Below are positions 39,195 through 48,934 of a DNA stretch of 64,000 nucleotides, piece after piece; position 1 is the stretch's first letter, and each line of letters opens with the position of its first letter. Origin of the DNA: Bacillota bacterium. Its GTDB lineage: Bacteria > Bacillota > Syntrophomonadia > Syntrophomonadales > Syntrophomonadaceae. Under the pieces are notes generated by a model. That model ran no database searches. It was given only the letters and a program-made list of their open reading frames with translations, and was not told where the DNA came from. The position numbers were made by a program, and so were the translations under genes. The stretch is taken from assembly GCA_023395515.1 (NCBI GenBank), contig JAEWZB010000121.1:4365-68364 (forward strand), given 5' to 3'.

Positions 39195-39215
39195 TATTTA
39201 GGTTAGGGTGAGAAG

Positions 39216-39881
39216 ATGTCAGTTTATGAAATAATATTTAAGTTAACATTAGCTTGTATTTTAGGTGGTCTGATTGGATTAGAAAGAGAAAGCTTAAATA
39301 GACCGGCTGGACTTAGAACCTACACCTTAGTTTGTGTAGGTTCGGCCTTAGCTATGGTAGTTTCTTTAGATATGTATTTCCAATATTATCAAACCGTTAA
39401 TGCTGATCCGGGGCGTATAGCAGCTCAGGTTATAAGTGGTATCGGATTTTTAGGAGCCGGAACCATTATGCGTGAAGGTGCCACAGTTAGGGGATTAACT
39501 ACCGCCGCCGGACTGTGGGTAGTAGCCTGCATAGGCTTAGCCGTGGGGGCTGGCCTCTATGTGCCGGCTATCGCCACAACTATAATTATTTTGTTTATTT
39601 TAATTTATTTTATAAGGTTTGAGCAAAAGTTTACCGGGATGCGGGAATATAAAGGGTTGGTGCTGGTAGTAGAAGATAAACCGGGGCAGGTTGGGACTAT
39701 AGGTTCCATTCTGGGTGATCTGGGAATTTCCATTAAAAATATTCAATTATCCCGCCTGGAAGGCGAAATTGATTTAGAAATAGAATTATTATTGCAATTG
39801 CCTACTAATATTTTAATTAGTCAAGTGATTGAAGAATTATCTCATGTAACCGGTTTAAGAAATATTGATAGACTGAACTAG
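39216..39881 (+). CDS. MgtC/SapB family membrane protein with a C-terminal ACT-like domain
   Basis: 221 aa with GLERE...PAGLRTYTLVCVGSAL...GIGFLGAGTI. Confidence 0.8.
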   Translation: MSVYEIIFKLTLACILGGLIGLERESLNRPAGLRTYTLVCVGSALAMVVSLDMYFQYYQTVNADPGRIAAQVISGIGFLGAGTIMREGATVRGLTTAAGLWVVACIGLAVGAGLYVPAIATTIIILFILIYFIRFEQKFTGMREYKGLVLVVEDKPGQVGTIGSILGDLGISIKNIQLSRLEGEIDLEIELLLQLPTNILISQVIEELSHVTGLRNIDRLN

Positions 39882-39910
39882 AAGAACATGGCTTCAAAAG
39901 GGGAGTTAAT

Positions 39911-42900
39911 GTGAAAGATTTTTATGATTTTTTTTATGAGTTTACTGAGGAAAAATGTTGTGATAAATGGATAGATGCTAAAATAGTAAAGTTAGAAGTT
40001 TTTAATAATAGGTCATTATGGCGATTACACCTTATTACCCAATATCCCATTAATGTAAAAGAAATTAATCAGGTAAAAAGCCAATTATTAAAAAAGCTGA
40101 CCTTTTTAAATGAAATAGAATTTGTGCCTTTAATAGATAACCCTAAATTATTGAAGGAAATCATAGCTCAACATAAGGATGAATTATCATCCTCTTTCTT
40201 TTCTAGCCCGGAATTAAAAAATTCGGTAGAATGGCATATTGGTAATGCACGTATAGATTTAAAGACTAGTGATCAGCCGGCTTTTACCTTCCTGATGGAA
40301 AATGAAATTTGTATTAAGTTAGCAGATTGGTTATGGGACAATTATCTGCTAAGAGTAGTAGTTAGAGCTATAGAATCTAATCTGGGAGAAATAGAAAAAG
40401 AAGTAGAGCTATTTATTCCGCAAAAGGAATTGACCGTAATTGAAAATGCGGTTCCTGCTGCTGAAAACAGCTTTGTCAAGCGTAAGCCTATGCGCAGGGA
40501 ACGGCGCTCTAATTTAAAGAGTGACAGTGAAACTATAAAAATAGCGGAAGTAGTAGAAGGCTTAAAAACAGTTATCGTAGAGGGTGAAGTATGGCATAAG
40601 GAGAATACTCAGCTTAGAGACGGACGTTATGTTATCAGTTATTATTTAACTGATTATTCGGATTCTATCCTAATTAAAACTTTTATTGATAATCTGGAAG
40701 AGGACGAAATCAGAGTCGGGGATTGGATAAAGGTGCAAGGCAGCGTAAGATACGATAATTTTGCCCGGGAAATTGTACTTTATCTGGATGCCTATTTACA
40801 AGGGGAAAAAGCGGAGCGCTTAGATAATAGCCCCTTAAAACGAGTAGAATTACATTTACATACTAAAATGAGTGCTATGGATGGTTTAACTGAAATTGAT
40901 GAGGTAATAAAACGGGCAGCTAAGTGGAACCATCCGGCTATTGCCATTACCGACCACGGGTGTATTCAAGCTTTCCCTGATGCCTATCAAGCTGCCCAGA
41001 AATATAATATTAAAGTTATTTACGGGGTAGAAGCCTATTTAGTCAATGAGGACAAAAAGGAAAGACCCTATCATATTATTTTGTTAGCTAAAAACCGGGA
41101 AGGTTTAAAAAACTTATATAACCTGGTCAGTATTTCCTATCTGGATCATTATTACCGTTTCCCTAAAATACCCCGGCGGGTTTTAGCCGAATATAGACAA
41201 GGCCTATTGCTGGGCACGGCTTGTGAAGCGGGAGAACTCTATACCGCCATAGTAAATAAAGCTGCCCCGGAAGAAATAGAGAAAATTGCGGCTTTTTATG
41301 ATTATTTAGAAATTCAACCTTTACAAAATAATGAGTTTTTAATCAGGGAAGGTTTAGTAGAAAGTAAAAATGATTTAGAACAGATAAATAAAGACATAAT
41401 CGAGTGGGGAGAAAAGCTTAATATCCCAGTTGTAGCTACTGGTGATGTGCACTTTTTAGATCCTAATCATGAAATATACCGGCGTATCATTCAAGCGGGC
41501 CAGGGCTATGAGGATGTGGAGCATGAATTACCCCTTTATTTTAAAACTACCGAGGAAATGTTAAATGACTTCAGCTATCTGGGAGATGCTAATGCGCACA
41601 AGGTAGTAATCGAAAACCCACTTAATATTGCCAATCAAATTGAAAGTATTAAACCGGTGCCGGATGGCTTTTATCCTCCTAAAATTGACGGAGCTGAAGA
41701 GGAAATAACTAATTTAACCTGGAATGATGCTTGTGCCAAGTACGGGGGTAAGCTGCCGGAAATAGTAGAAGCCAGAATAAAACGGGAACTTGATTCGATT
41801 ACCAAACATGGCTTTAGTGTTTTATATCTTATTGCCCATAAGCTGGTTAAAAAGTCTAATGATGATGGCTATTTAGTAGGGTCCCGGGGTTCGGTAGGTT
41901 CTTCCTTGGTAGCCTATTTTACCGGTATTACTGAGGTAAATCCCTTACCCCCCCATTATAGATGTTTGCACTGTAAAAATTCGGAGTTTCCTCCCGAGGG
42001 GTCAGTAGGTTGTGGAGCAGATTTACCGGCTAAACTGTGCGATTGTGGTCACGAGTTTATAAAAGATGGATTTGATATTCCTTTTGAAACATTTTTAGGT
42101 TTTGAAGGGGATAAAGTACCCGATATTGATCTGAATTTCTCCGGCGAATACCAAAGTAAGGCTCATCAATACGTAGAAGAACTATTTGGCAGTGATAATG
42201 TATTTAGAGCCGGAACTATTTCTACTATTGCCGAAAAAACTGCTTTTGGTTTTGTGAAAAAGTATATGGAAAATAAAGGGGAAATAATAAAAAATTCCGA
42301 AACTAATAGATTAGTTAAAGGAATTACCGGAGTAAGAAGAACTACCGGGCAACATCCGGGTGGATTAATAGTAGTGCCCCGGGATAGAAATATTTACGAG
42401 TTTACGCCCTTGCAACATCCGGCGGAAAATAAGGATTCAGGAGTTATTACAACTCATTTTGAATATCATGCTATTGGTGATCAATTAGTTAAGTTGGACA
42501 TCTTAGGCCATGACGATCCCACCGTAATTAAAGAGCTGGAAGATTTAACCGGTATAGATGCGGCTACGATTAGTCTTAGCGAAAAGGAGACTATGAAACT
42601 TTTTTCTTCCGTTGACCCCCTGGGAATTAAATCAGCCGCTATTGACTCTAGTGTAGGTACTTTTGGTATTCCGGAATTTGGGACTAAATTTGTGCGGCAA
42701 ATGTTAGAAGCTACCCGGCCTACCACTTTCTCTGAATTAGTCCGTATCAGCGGTTTATCTCATGGTACCGATGTATGGCTGAATAATGCCCAAAACTTAA
42801 TATCCAATAATGTGGCTAAATTAAATGAAGTTATTTGTACCCGAGATGATATTATGACTTTTCTTATTTATAAAGGTATGGATAAGAAGCAAGCTTTCAA

Positions 42901-43543
42901 GATAATGGAAAAAGTAAGAAAAGGTAAAGGCCTAAATAGGGAAGATGAAGCCCTTATGAGGGAAAACCAAGTTCCTGAATGGTATATAGATTCTTGTAAC
43001 AAAATAAAATACATGTTTCCTAAAGCTCATGCGGTTGCTTATGTAACTATGGCCTATAGAATAGCCTTTTTTAAAGTTTATTATCCTTTAGCATTTTACG
43101 CCAGTTTCTTTAGTATTCGGGCGGAAGATTTTGAGGCGGAAACTATTTTAGCCGGTTACGATGCGGTTAATAACCGTATAAAAGCTATTGAAGCTTTAGG
43201 TTATCAGGCTAGCCAAAAGGACAAAAAATTAATACCGATTCTGGAATTAAGCTTGGAGATGTATGCCCGGGGCTTTCAGTTTTACCCGGTGGATATATTT
43301 AAATCTAGTGCCGATAAGTTTATGGCGAAAAATAATGGTTTAATACTGCCTTTTTCTGCTTTGCCTAATGTGGGCATAACCGCGGCCCGGGGTATTGCAG
43401 AAGCAGTCAAGCAAGGAGCTTTTGTTTCTGTGGAGGATTTTCAACAACGAACCCATTTAAATAAAACGGCCATGGATGTTTTGAGAAGATATCATTGTTT
43501 TAGTGGTTTACCTGAAAGTACCCAAATTAGTTTATTTGGTTAA
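39911..43543 (+). CDS. polC: DNA polymerase III PolC-type alpha subunit, apparently lacking the 3'-5' exonuclease insertion
   Basis: 1210 aa. PolC-specific features: N-terminal and OB domains; PHP motifs ELHLHTKMSAMDG, ITDHG, GVEAY and TGDVHF; Zn-finger HYRCLHCKNSEF...CDCGHEF; FETFLGFEGDKVPDIDLNFSGEYQ; and the palm/fingers core. GVEAYLVNEDKKERPYHIILLAKNREGLKNL joins the two PHP halves with ~9 residues, where canonical PolC carries the ~200-aa DEDD exonuclease. Confidence 0.9.
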   Translation: MKDFYDFFYEFTEEKCCDKWIDAKIVKLEVFNNRSLWRLHLITQYPINVKEINQVKSQLLKKLTFLNEIEFVPLIDNPKLLKEIIAQHKDELSSSFFSSPELKNSVEWHIGNARIDLKTSDQPAFTFLMENEICIKLADWLWDNYLLRVVVRAIESNLGEIEKEVELFIPQKELTVIENAVPAAENSFVKRKPMRRERRSNLKSDSETIKIAEVVEGLKTVIVEGEVWHKENTQLRDGRYVISYYLTDYSDSILIKTFIDNLEEDEIRVGDWIKVQGSVRYDNFAREIVLYLDAYLQGEKAERLDNSPLKRVELHLHTKMSAMDGLTEIDEVIKRAAKWNHPAIAITDHGCIQAFPDAYQAAQKYNIKVIYGVEAYLVNEDKKERPYHIILLAKNREGLKNLYNLVSISYLDHYYRFPKIPRRVLAEYRQGLLLGTACEAGELYTAIVNKAAPEEIEKIAAFYDYLEIQPLQNNEFLIREGLVESKNDLEQINKDIIEWGEKLNIPVVATGDVHFLDPNHEIYRRIIQAGQGYEDVEHELPLYFKTTEEMLNDFSYLGDANAHKVVIENPLNIANQIESIKPVPDGFYPPKIDGAEEEITNLTWNDACAKYGGKLPEIVEARIKRELDSITKHGFSVLYLIAHKLVKKSNDDGYLVGSRGSVGSSLVAYFTGITEVNPLPPHYRCLHCKNSEFPPEGSVGCGADLPAKLCDCGHEFIKDGFDIPFETFLGFEGDKVPDIDLNFSGEYQSKAHQYVEELFGSDNVFRAGTISTIAEKTAFGFVKKYMENKGEIIKNSETNRLVKGITGVRRTTGQHPGGLIVVPRDRNIYEFTPLQHPAENKDSGVITTHFEYHAIGDQLVKLDILGHDDPTVIKELEDLTGIDAATISLSEKETMKLFSSVDPLGIKSAAIDSSVGTFGIPEFGTKFVRQMLEATRPTTFSELVRISGLSHGTDVWLNNAQNLISNNVAKLNEVICTRDDIMTFLIYKGMDKKQAFKIMEKVRKGKGLNREDEALMRENQVPEWYIDSCNKIKYMFPKAHAVAYVTMAYRIAFFKVYYPLAFYASFFSIRAEDFEAETILAGYDAVNNRIKAIEALGYQASQKDKKLIPILELSLEMYARGFQFYPVDIFKSSADKFMAKNNGLILPFSALPNVGITAARGIAEAVKQGAFVSVEDFQQRTHLNKTAMDVLRRYHCFSGLPESTQISLFG

Positions 43544-43577
43544 ATACAGCAACTTATGCTCATATTTGTATAGCAAC

Positions 43578-43607
43578 TTGAATAAAGTTATTTCAATGTG
43601 TTATACT
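43578..43607 (+). promoter_or_regulatory. candidate sigma-A promoter of the rimP-nusA-infB operon
   Basis: TTGAAT, an 18-nt spacer, then extended -10 TGtTATACT. Confidence 0.55.
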
Positions 43608-43638
43608 TTTACTAAGCTAACCAATATTTACGATTTAG

Positions 43639-43662
43639 AAGTGGGTGCGGACCCACTTTTTC
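43639..43662 (+). terminator. leader terminator/attenuator upstream of rimP
   Basis: AAGTGGGT - gcgg - ACCCACTT followed by TTTT. It lies between the candidate promoter and the rimP SD. Confidence 0.65.
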
Positions 43663-43701
43663 TATTGTAAAGACACCCATGAATAATTTAGGGGGTGAAA
43701 A

Positions 43702-44160
43702 ATGATGGCTGAAAATTATACAAAACGACTGGAAGAGTTATTAGAGGGGCAACTTAATACTATTAATGTAGAGCTGGTTAATGTAGAATACCGTATGGAG
43801 AATAAAGACCAGATGCTGCGTATTTTCATTGATCATAGTGAAGGCGTAGATTTGGGGCTTTGTACTGAGGTTACGAAGCTAGTTAAAAAGCTCATAGATG
43901 ATACTGATATTAATTATGACCATTTGGAAGTTTCTTCTCCCGGCTTGGATAGGATTATTAAAAGAAACAAGCATCCGGAAAGATTTATAGGACAACAAGT
44001 TAAAGTTAAAACCCTGAAATCTTTTCCTGGACCGCGGAAATTAGTAGGAATATTAACCCAGGTTAATGATGAAATGATAACAGTTGCAGATGATACTGAT
44101 AATTATGAAATATTTTGGGATGTAGTCACGACCTTAAGACTTCATTCAGATTTTAATTAG
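43702..44160 (+). CDS. rimP: ribosome maturation factor RimP
   Basis: 152 aa with LRIFID...LEVSSPGLDR. It lies before nusA. Confidence 0.9.
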   Translation: MMAENYTKRLEELLEGQLNTINVELVNVEYRMENKDQMLRIFIDHSEGVDLGLCTEVTKLVKKLIDDTDINYDHLEVSSPGLDRIIKRNKHPERFIGQQVKVKTLKSFPGPRKLVGILTQVNDEMITVADDTDNYEIFWDVVTTLRLHSDFN

Positions 44161-44171
44161 GAGGAGGTACA

Positions 44172-45233
44172 ATGGCAAACGATCTGATTCAGGCGCTAAT
44201 TGAAATAGAGAAAGAGCGGGGTATCCCCAAGCTGGCATTAATTGATGCAATTAAATCTGCTCTTAATACCGCCTATAAAAAGAATTTTGGCACTTCCCAA
44301 AATGTAAGTGTAGAATTTAATGATATTACAGGTGAAGTAAAAGTTTTTTCGCAAAAAACTATTGTGGAAACCGTGACCGATGGCAGAATAGAAATAAGTG
44401 CCGAGGAAGCTAAAGACTTATACCCTGATTGTCAAACCGGGGATTTAGTTTATGTAGAAGCTACTCCAGGTAATTTTGGGCGTATAGCAGCCCAAACTGC
44501 TAAACAAGTTGTTATTCAAAAACTTAGAGAAGCGGAAAGAAGCCTTATTTATGAAGAGTTTTTGGAACGGGAAGGTGAAATAGTTACTGGAACCATACAA
44601 AGACTGGAAAATAAAAATGTCTATATCAGCTTGGGAAGAACTGAAGGCATAATGCTTCCCGCCGATCAAGTGCAATCAGAAAATTATGAGATAGGGCAAA
44701 GATTAAAAGCTTATATACATGAGGTTAAAAATACTCCTAAGGGACCTAATATATATGTTTCCAGGTCTCATCCTTACTTTTTAAGGCGTTTATTCGAATT
44801 GGAAGTACCGGAAATATTTGATGGAGTAGTTGAAATTAAATCAATTGCCCGTGAAGCCGGGTTTAGATCTAAGATTGCTGTCCATTCCTTAGATGATAAA
44901 GTTGATTCAGTAGGAGCTTGTGTAGGACCTAAAGGATTCAGGGTGCAAAATATTGTTACCGAACTGGGCGGCGAGAAAATAGATATTATTAAATATGATA
45001 AAAGTGTGGAAAAATTCATTGCCAATGCTCTAAGCCCCTCCAAAGTTTTAGCTGTACATGTTAATGAAGAGGAGAAAATGGCCAGGGTTATTGTGCCGGA
45101 TTATCAACTTTCTTTAGCTATAGGTAAAGAAGGACAAAATGCCCGGCTAGCAGCTAAGCTTACCGGATGGAAGGTTGATATTAAAAGCGAAAGCCAGCTC
45201 GAAATTGTAGAAGATGGTGAAAGCGATGAATAA
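44172..45233 (+). CDS. nusA: transcription termination/antitermination factor NusA
   Basis: 353 aa with N-terminal, S1 and two KH domains ([36 protein letters not shown]). Confidence 0.95.
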   Translation: MANDLIQALIEIEKERGIPKLALIDAIKSALNTAYKKNFGTSQNVSVEFNDITGEVKVFSQKTIVETVTDGRIEISAEEAKDLYPDCQTGDLVYVEATPGNFGRIAAQTAKQVVIQKLREAERSLIYEEFLEREGEIVTGTIQRLENKNVYISLGRTEGIMLPADQVQSENYEIGQRLKAYIHEVKNTPKGPNIYVSRSHPYFLRRLFELEVPEIFDGVVEIKSIAREAGFRSKIAVHSLDDKVDSVGACVGPKGFRVQNIVTELGGEKIDIIKYDKSVEKFIANALSPSKVLAVHVNEEEKMARVIVPDYQLSLAIGKEGQNARLAAKLTGWKVDIKSESQLEIVEDGESDE

Positions 45234-45507
45234 ACCCAGAAAGCTTCCCCAGCGTATGTGTGTGGGATGCCGGGAAATGAAAAATAAAAAGGAACTGATT
45301 AGAATAGTTCGCAATGCCGAAGGTATCTTACATTTGGATACTACCGGGAAAAAACCGGGACGAGGAGCTTATCTATGTCCTAGTGTAGACTGTTTTAATC
45401 AATCTATTAAAGGAAAAAGAATCCAAAAAGCTCTGGAACAAGATTTGTCCGAGGAGCTTATTGAAAGCATTAAGCAGCAAATTGAGGCAGTAACAGCTAG
45501 TAAATAA
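45214..45507 (+). CDS. ylxR: YlxR/RnpM family RNA-binding protein (DUF448)
   Basis: 97 aa with [19 protein letters not shown] and GRGAYLC. Confidence 0.85.
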   Translation: MVKAMNKPRKLPQRMCVGCREMKNKKELIRIVRNAEGILHLDTTGKKPGRGAYLCPSVDCFNQSIKGKRIQKALEQDLSEELIESIKQQIEAVTASK

Positions 45508-45508
45508 G

Positions 45509-45865
45509 GTGTGTGATAAGTTGAGAAAACTATATAGTATGTTAGGGTTTGCTCAAAAAGCAGGTAAGGTTTCCGCCGGTACTTTAGCGGCTAAATCAAG
45601 TTTAATAAGGCGTAAAGCTTATCTGCTCCTAATGAGTAATGATATAGCGGATAATTCTAAAGAAATGTTGATTAATATTTGCCAGAAAGTTAATATACCA
45701 TGGGTTATACTGGGGAATAAATATGATTTGGGTACTAGTGTAGGGAAGGCTTACCGGGTGGCGGTAACCATTAATGATAACAAAATGGCGGCAGCTCTTT
45801 TGGATGCTATTAACAGGACGGAAGAAAAAATAGAAACTATGGGGGTGGTTGAATGGCCAAAATAA
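45509..45865 (+). CDS. ylxQ: L7Ae/YlxQ family RNA-binding protein
   Basis: [13 protein letters not shown]... It lies between ylxR and infB. The start is probably an internal TTG or ATG (45521-45539). Confidence 0.8.
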   Translation: MCDKLRKLYSMLGFAQKAGKVSAGTLAAKSSLIRRKAYLLLMSNDIADNSKEMLINICQKVNIPWVILGNKYDLGTSVGKAYRVAVTINDNKMAAALLDAINRTEEKIETMGVVEWPK

Positions 45866-48522
45866 GAGTACATGAATTAGCAAAAGAACTGGGAATACAA
45901 AGTAGAGAAATGGTGAATGTTTTGCATGGTTTAGGACTAGATGTCAAAAACCATATGAGTACTATGGAAGAATCACAGGTAAGTTGGGTTAAAAAGCAAC
46001 TTGCTAATTCTAAAATGGAAGAAAACAAAGTCCCTAAATCTGATAAACCCAAGCAACCGATTGACAATCGGCCTTCCGTAGATCAAGGAAGACAACCCCA
46101 CCATCGGGAAAGAAATCAGAATTTTTCCGATCCGTCCAAACCTCCTGTAGATAGAAATAACCGAGCTTCCAGCCCAGATAGAGCCGATAGGCCACAAAAT
46201 TCAGGTAATAGGCCACCACAAAGCCCGAACCGACCTGCTAATAGGCCCCAAAGTCCAGATAGACCTGGTGATAGGGCTCAAGGCCCGGATAGAAGGCCTC
46301 CAAGCCAGGATAGGCCTGGTAACAGGCCCCCAAGCTCAGATAGAACTGGTAACAGGCCGCCAAGCCCGGACCGACCCGGTAACAGGCCGCCAAGTTCAGA
46401 TAGAACTGGTAACAGGCCGCCCAGCCCAAATGATAATAGGGGCTCCAATAACCATAGGCCCACTAATGTTAATAGAAACCAAGATGCCGGCCGACCTAAT
46501 ACTAATAAGCCTGCTTCGGCAGGAATGAATAATCATAGGCCTAAAGATAGCAACTTCCGTCCTCCTAATGCAAGGACACCAGTTGCAAATTCAGCCGCGC
46601 CAACTAGTGATAAAGAAAATCTTAAGGCTTCAGATGTTACTAGAGGTGCCAAACCTAATAAACCTAATAATAAAACTAAAAAAACCCCGGACAAGAGTTT
46701 TCCTAAAAAAGACTATAGCCGTCAGGTAAGAAAACCGAAGCATAAACGCAAAAAAGAAGAAGTTATAGAAAAGACCCCCGATTTAATCGCTATTGAAGAT
46801 AGCATTACCGTAAGAGAATTTGCGGAAATGCTGGGTAAAAGCGCGGCCGAGATAGTGAAAAAATTAATGGAATTAGGTACTTTAGCTACCGTTAATCAAG
46901 ACATAGACTTTGAGACTGCCGAAATATTGGCTAGTTTGTATGAAGTCAAAGTAGAACGGGCCATATCGGAAGAAGAAAAACTCTTAGAAGAAATCATAGA
47001 TGATGATAAATCGATGGAACTAAGACCACCTATAGTTACAGTTATGGGTCATGTTGACCATGGTAAAACTTCCTTATTGGATAAAATCAGAAGTGCTGAT
47101 GTAGTCTCCGGTGAAGCGGGGGGAATTACCCAACATATAGGTGCTTATCAAGTAACGGTAAAAGGTAATAAGATAACCTTTATAGATACTCCCGGTCACG
47201 AAGCTTTTACGGCTATGAGAGCCAGGGGAGCCAACCTTACCGATATTGTAATATTAGTAATCGCTGCTGACGACGGGGTTATGCCTCAAACCGTAGAAGC
47301 GATTAACCATATTAAGGCAGCGGGAGTACCGTTTTTAGTAGCAGTTAATAAGGTGGATAAGCCCACTGCTAATCCGGACAAAGTTATGCAGCAATTGACT
47401 GAATATGGCATTGTACCGGAAGAATGGGGCGGAGATATTATTTTTGTTCCGGTTTCGGCTAAAACGGGAGATAATATAGATACTTTACTGGAAATGGTTC
47501 TATTAGTGGCAGAACTTAACGAAATTAAAGCTAATTCTAACCGGGCTGCAGAAGGAGTAGTTATTGAAGCGGAACTGGATAAAGGCCGCGGACCGGTGGC
47601 AACCGTCTTGGTATTAAAAGGAACCTTAAAAGTAGGCGACTTTTTAATCTGCGGTAGCAGCTTATGTAAAGTTAGAGCCATGAGTGATTATAGAGGCAGA
47701 AGAGTTGATAATGCTTTGCCTTCCATGCCCATAGAAATAATGGGCTGGTCAGATGTACCGGAAGCCGGAGGTAAAGTTCAAGCTTGTGATGAAAAAATAG
47801 CTAAGGAAGTATTGAGCTTAAGAGCCAGTGAAAGAAAGCTGGAAGAACAAAAGAGCAGCAGTAAAGTTTCTCTGGATGATTTCTTTAAACAAATGCAAGA
47901 TGCAGGAGTTAAAGAATTAAACTTAATCATAAAAGGTGATGTGCAAGGATCTATTGAAGCCTTAGCTCAATCTTTATTACGTTTATCCACTGATGAAGTT
48001 AAAGTAAATGTAATTCATTCGGCGGTAGGTGCTGTAACCGAAACCGATGTCATGCTGGCCACTGCTTCTAATGCAATAATCATTGGATTTAATGTAAGAC
48101 CAGATGTTAATGCCCGTAAAAGTGCGGAACAGGAAAATATTGATGTTCGTCTCTACCGGGTTATTTACGAAGCGATTGATGATGTTAAAAAAGCGATGGT
48201 TGGACTTCTAGATCCCGAATATAAGGAGAAATATATCGGCCGAGCCGAAGTTAGGGCTACCTTTAAAGTGCCCAATGCCGGCACTATAGCAGGCTCTTAT
48301 ATTATTGATGGAAAAATGCAAAGAAATGCCAATATTCGGGTTTTAAGAGATGGAGTTATCATTTACGAAGGTAACTTATCCTCCTTAAAGAGATTTAAAG
48401 ACGATGTTAAAGAAGTACAGGAAAATTATGAATGTGGTATAGGTATAAAGGATTTTAATGATCTTAAAGATGGAGATGTTATTGAAGCCTTTACCATGGA
48501 GGAAATTCCTAGAGAACTATAA
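45853..48522 (+). CDS. infB: translation initiation factor IF-2
   Basis: 889 aa with the IF2_N motif [11 protein letters not shown] and G-domain motifs [14 protein letters not shown] and NKVD. There is a long P/R/N/D-rich repeat region. Confidence 0.97.
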   Translation: MAKIRVHELAKELGIQSREMVNVLHGLGLDVKNHMSTMEESQVSWVKKQLANSKMEENKVPKSDKPKQPIDNRPSVDQGRQPHHRERNQNFSDPSKPPVDRNNRASSPDRADRPQNSGNRPPQSPNRPANRPQSPDRPGDRAQGPDRRPPSQDRPGNRPPSSDRTGNRPPSPDRPGNRPPSSDRTGNRPPSPNDNRGSNNHRPTNVNRNQDAGRPNTNKPASAGMNNHRPKDSNFRPPNARTPVANSAAPTSDKENLKASDVTRGAKPNKPNNKTKKTPDKSFPKKDYSRQVRKPKHKRKKEEVIEKTPDLIAIEDSITVREFAEMLGKSAAEIVKKLMELGTLATVNQDIDFETAEILASLYEVKVERAISEEEKLLEEIIDDDKSMELRPPIVTVMGHVDHGKTSLLDKIRSADVVSGEAGGITQHIGAYQVTVKGNKITFIDTPGHEAFTAMRARGANLTDIVILVIAADDGVMPQTVEAINHIKAAGVPFLVAVNKVDKPTANPDKVMQQLTEYGIVPEEWGGDIIFVPVSAKTGDNIDTLLEMVLLVAELNEIKANSNRAAEGVVIEAELDKGRGPVATVLVLKGTLKVGDFLICGSSLCKVRAMSDYRGRRVDNALPSMPIEIMGWSDVPEAGGKVQACDEKIAKEVLSLRASERKLEEQKSSSKVSLDDFFKQMQDAGVKELNLIIKGDVQGSIEALAQSLLRLSTDEVKVNVIHSAVGAVTETDVMLATASNAIIIGFNVRPDVNARKSAEQENIDVRLYRVIYEAIDDVKKAMVGLLDPEYKEKYIGRAEVRATFKVPNAGTIAGSYIIDGKMQRNANIRVLRDGVIIYEGNLSSLKRFKDDVKEVQENYECGIGIKDFNDLKDGDVIEAFTMEEIPREL
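46150..46435 (+). repeat. in-frame tandem repeat (30-nt unit, nested 60-nt unit) encoding DR(P/T)GNRPPS(S/P) decapeptides in the IF-2 linker
   Basis: 46321-46380 and 46381-46440 are near-identical over ~46 nt (aacaggccSccaagYtcagatagaactggtaacaggccgcc). The peptide reads [40 protein letters not shown], preceded by more degenerate units. Confidence 0.85.
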
Positions 48523-48571
48523 AAAATAATAGCAGCAGCAAACCAAGTTTTTCGAGAAAGGGGCAAGTATT

Positions 48572-48934
48572 ATGAGTCAACGCAGGCAGGAAAGAATGGC
48601 AGAAGAGACTAAACGCCTATTATCCCAAATAATATTAAATCTAAAAGATCCTAGAATAAACCTGTCTACTATTTCTATAACTAGGGTAGATATTACTAAT
48701 GACTTAAGTCATGCCCGAATAAATGTGAGTATACTAGGAGATGAACAAGAACAACAGGAGACTATAAAAGTTATCCAAAAAGCCAAAGGATATTTGCGCA
48801 GTGAACTGGCTCGTCAGCTAGAAATCAGACATGCACCGGAACTGGACTTACGCTTGGATAAGTCTATCGAACATGGGATTAGGATTTCATCATTACTGGA
48901 AGAACTGCGCGATGGAAAAGAGACTAATGAATAG
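48572..48934 (+). CDS. rbfA: ribosome-binding factor A
   Basis: 120 aa with LKDPRI...ITRVDITNDLSHARI. Confidence 0.9.
   Translation: MSQRRQERMAEETKRLLSQIILNLKDPRINLSTISITRVDITNDLSHARINVSILGDEQEQQETIKVIQKAKGYLRSELARQLEIRHAPELDLRLDKSIEHGIRISSLLEELRDGKETNE

Noticed and set aside
46238-46528. Three ORFs (two on the - strand, one on the + strand in an alternative frame) inside the infB repeat region
   Set aside because: They arise because the 30-nt tandem repeat lacks stop codons in several frames. Their peptides are simply periodic translations of the repeat, and infB clearly occupies the locus.
48831-48911. N-terminal 27-codon extension of the nrnA ORF overlapping rbfA by >100 nt
   Set aside because: The extension lies entirely inside rbfA in another frame with no SD. 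Typical NrnA N-termini correspond to the ATGs at 48912 or 48927, which overlap the rbfA stop.
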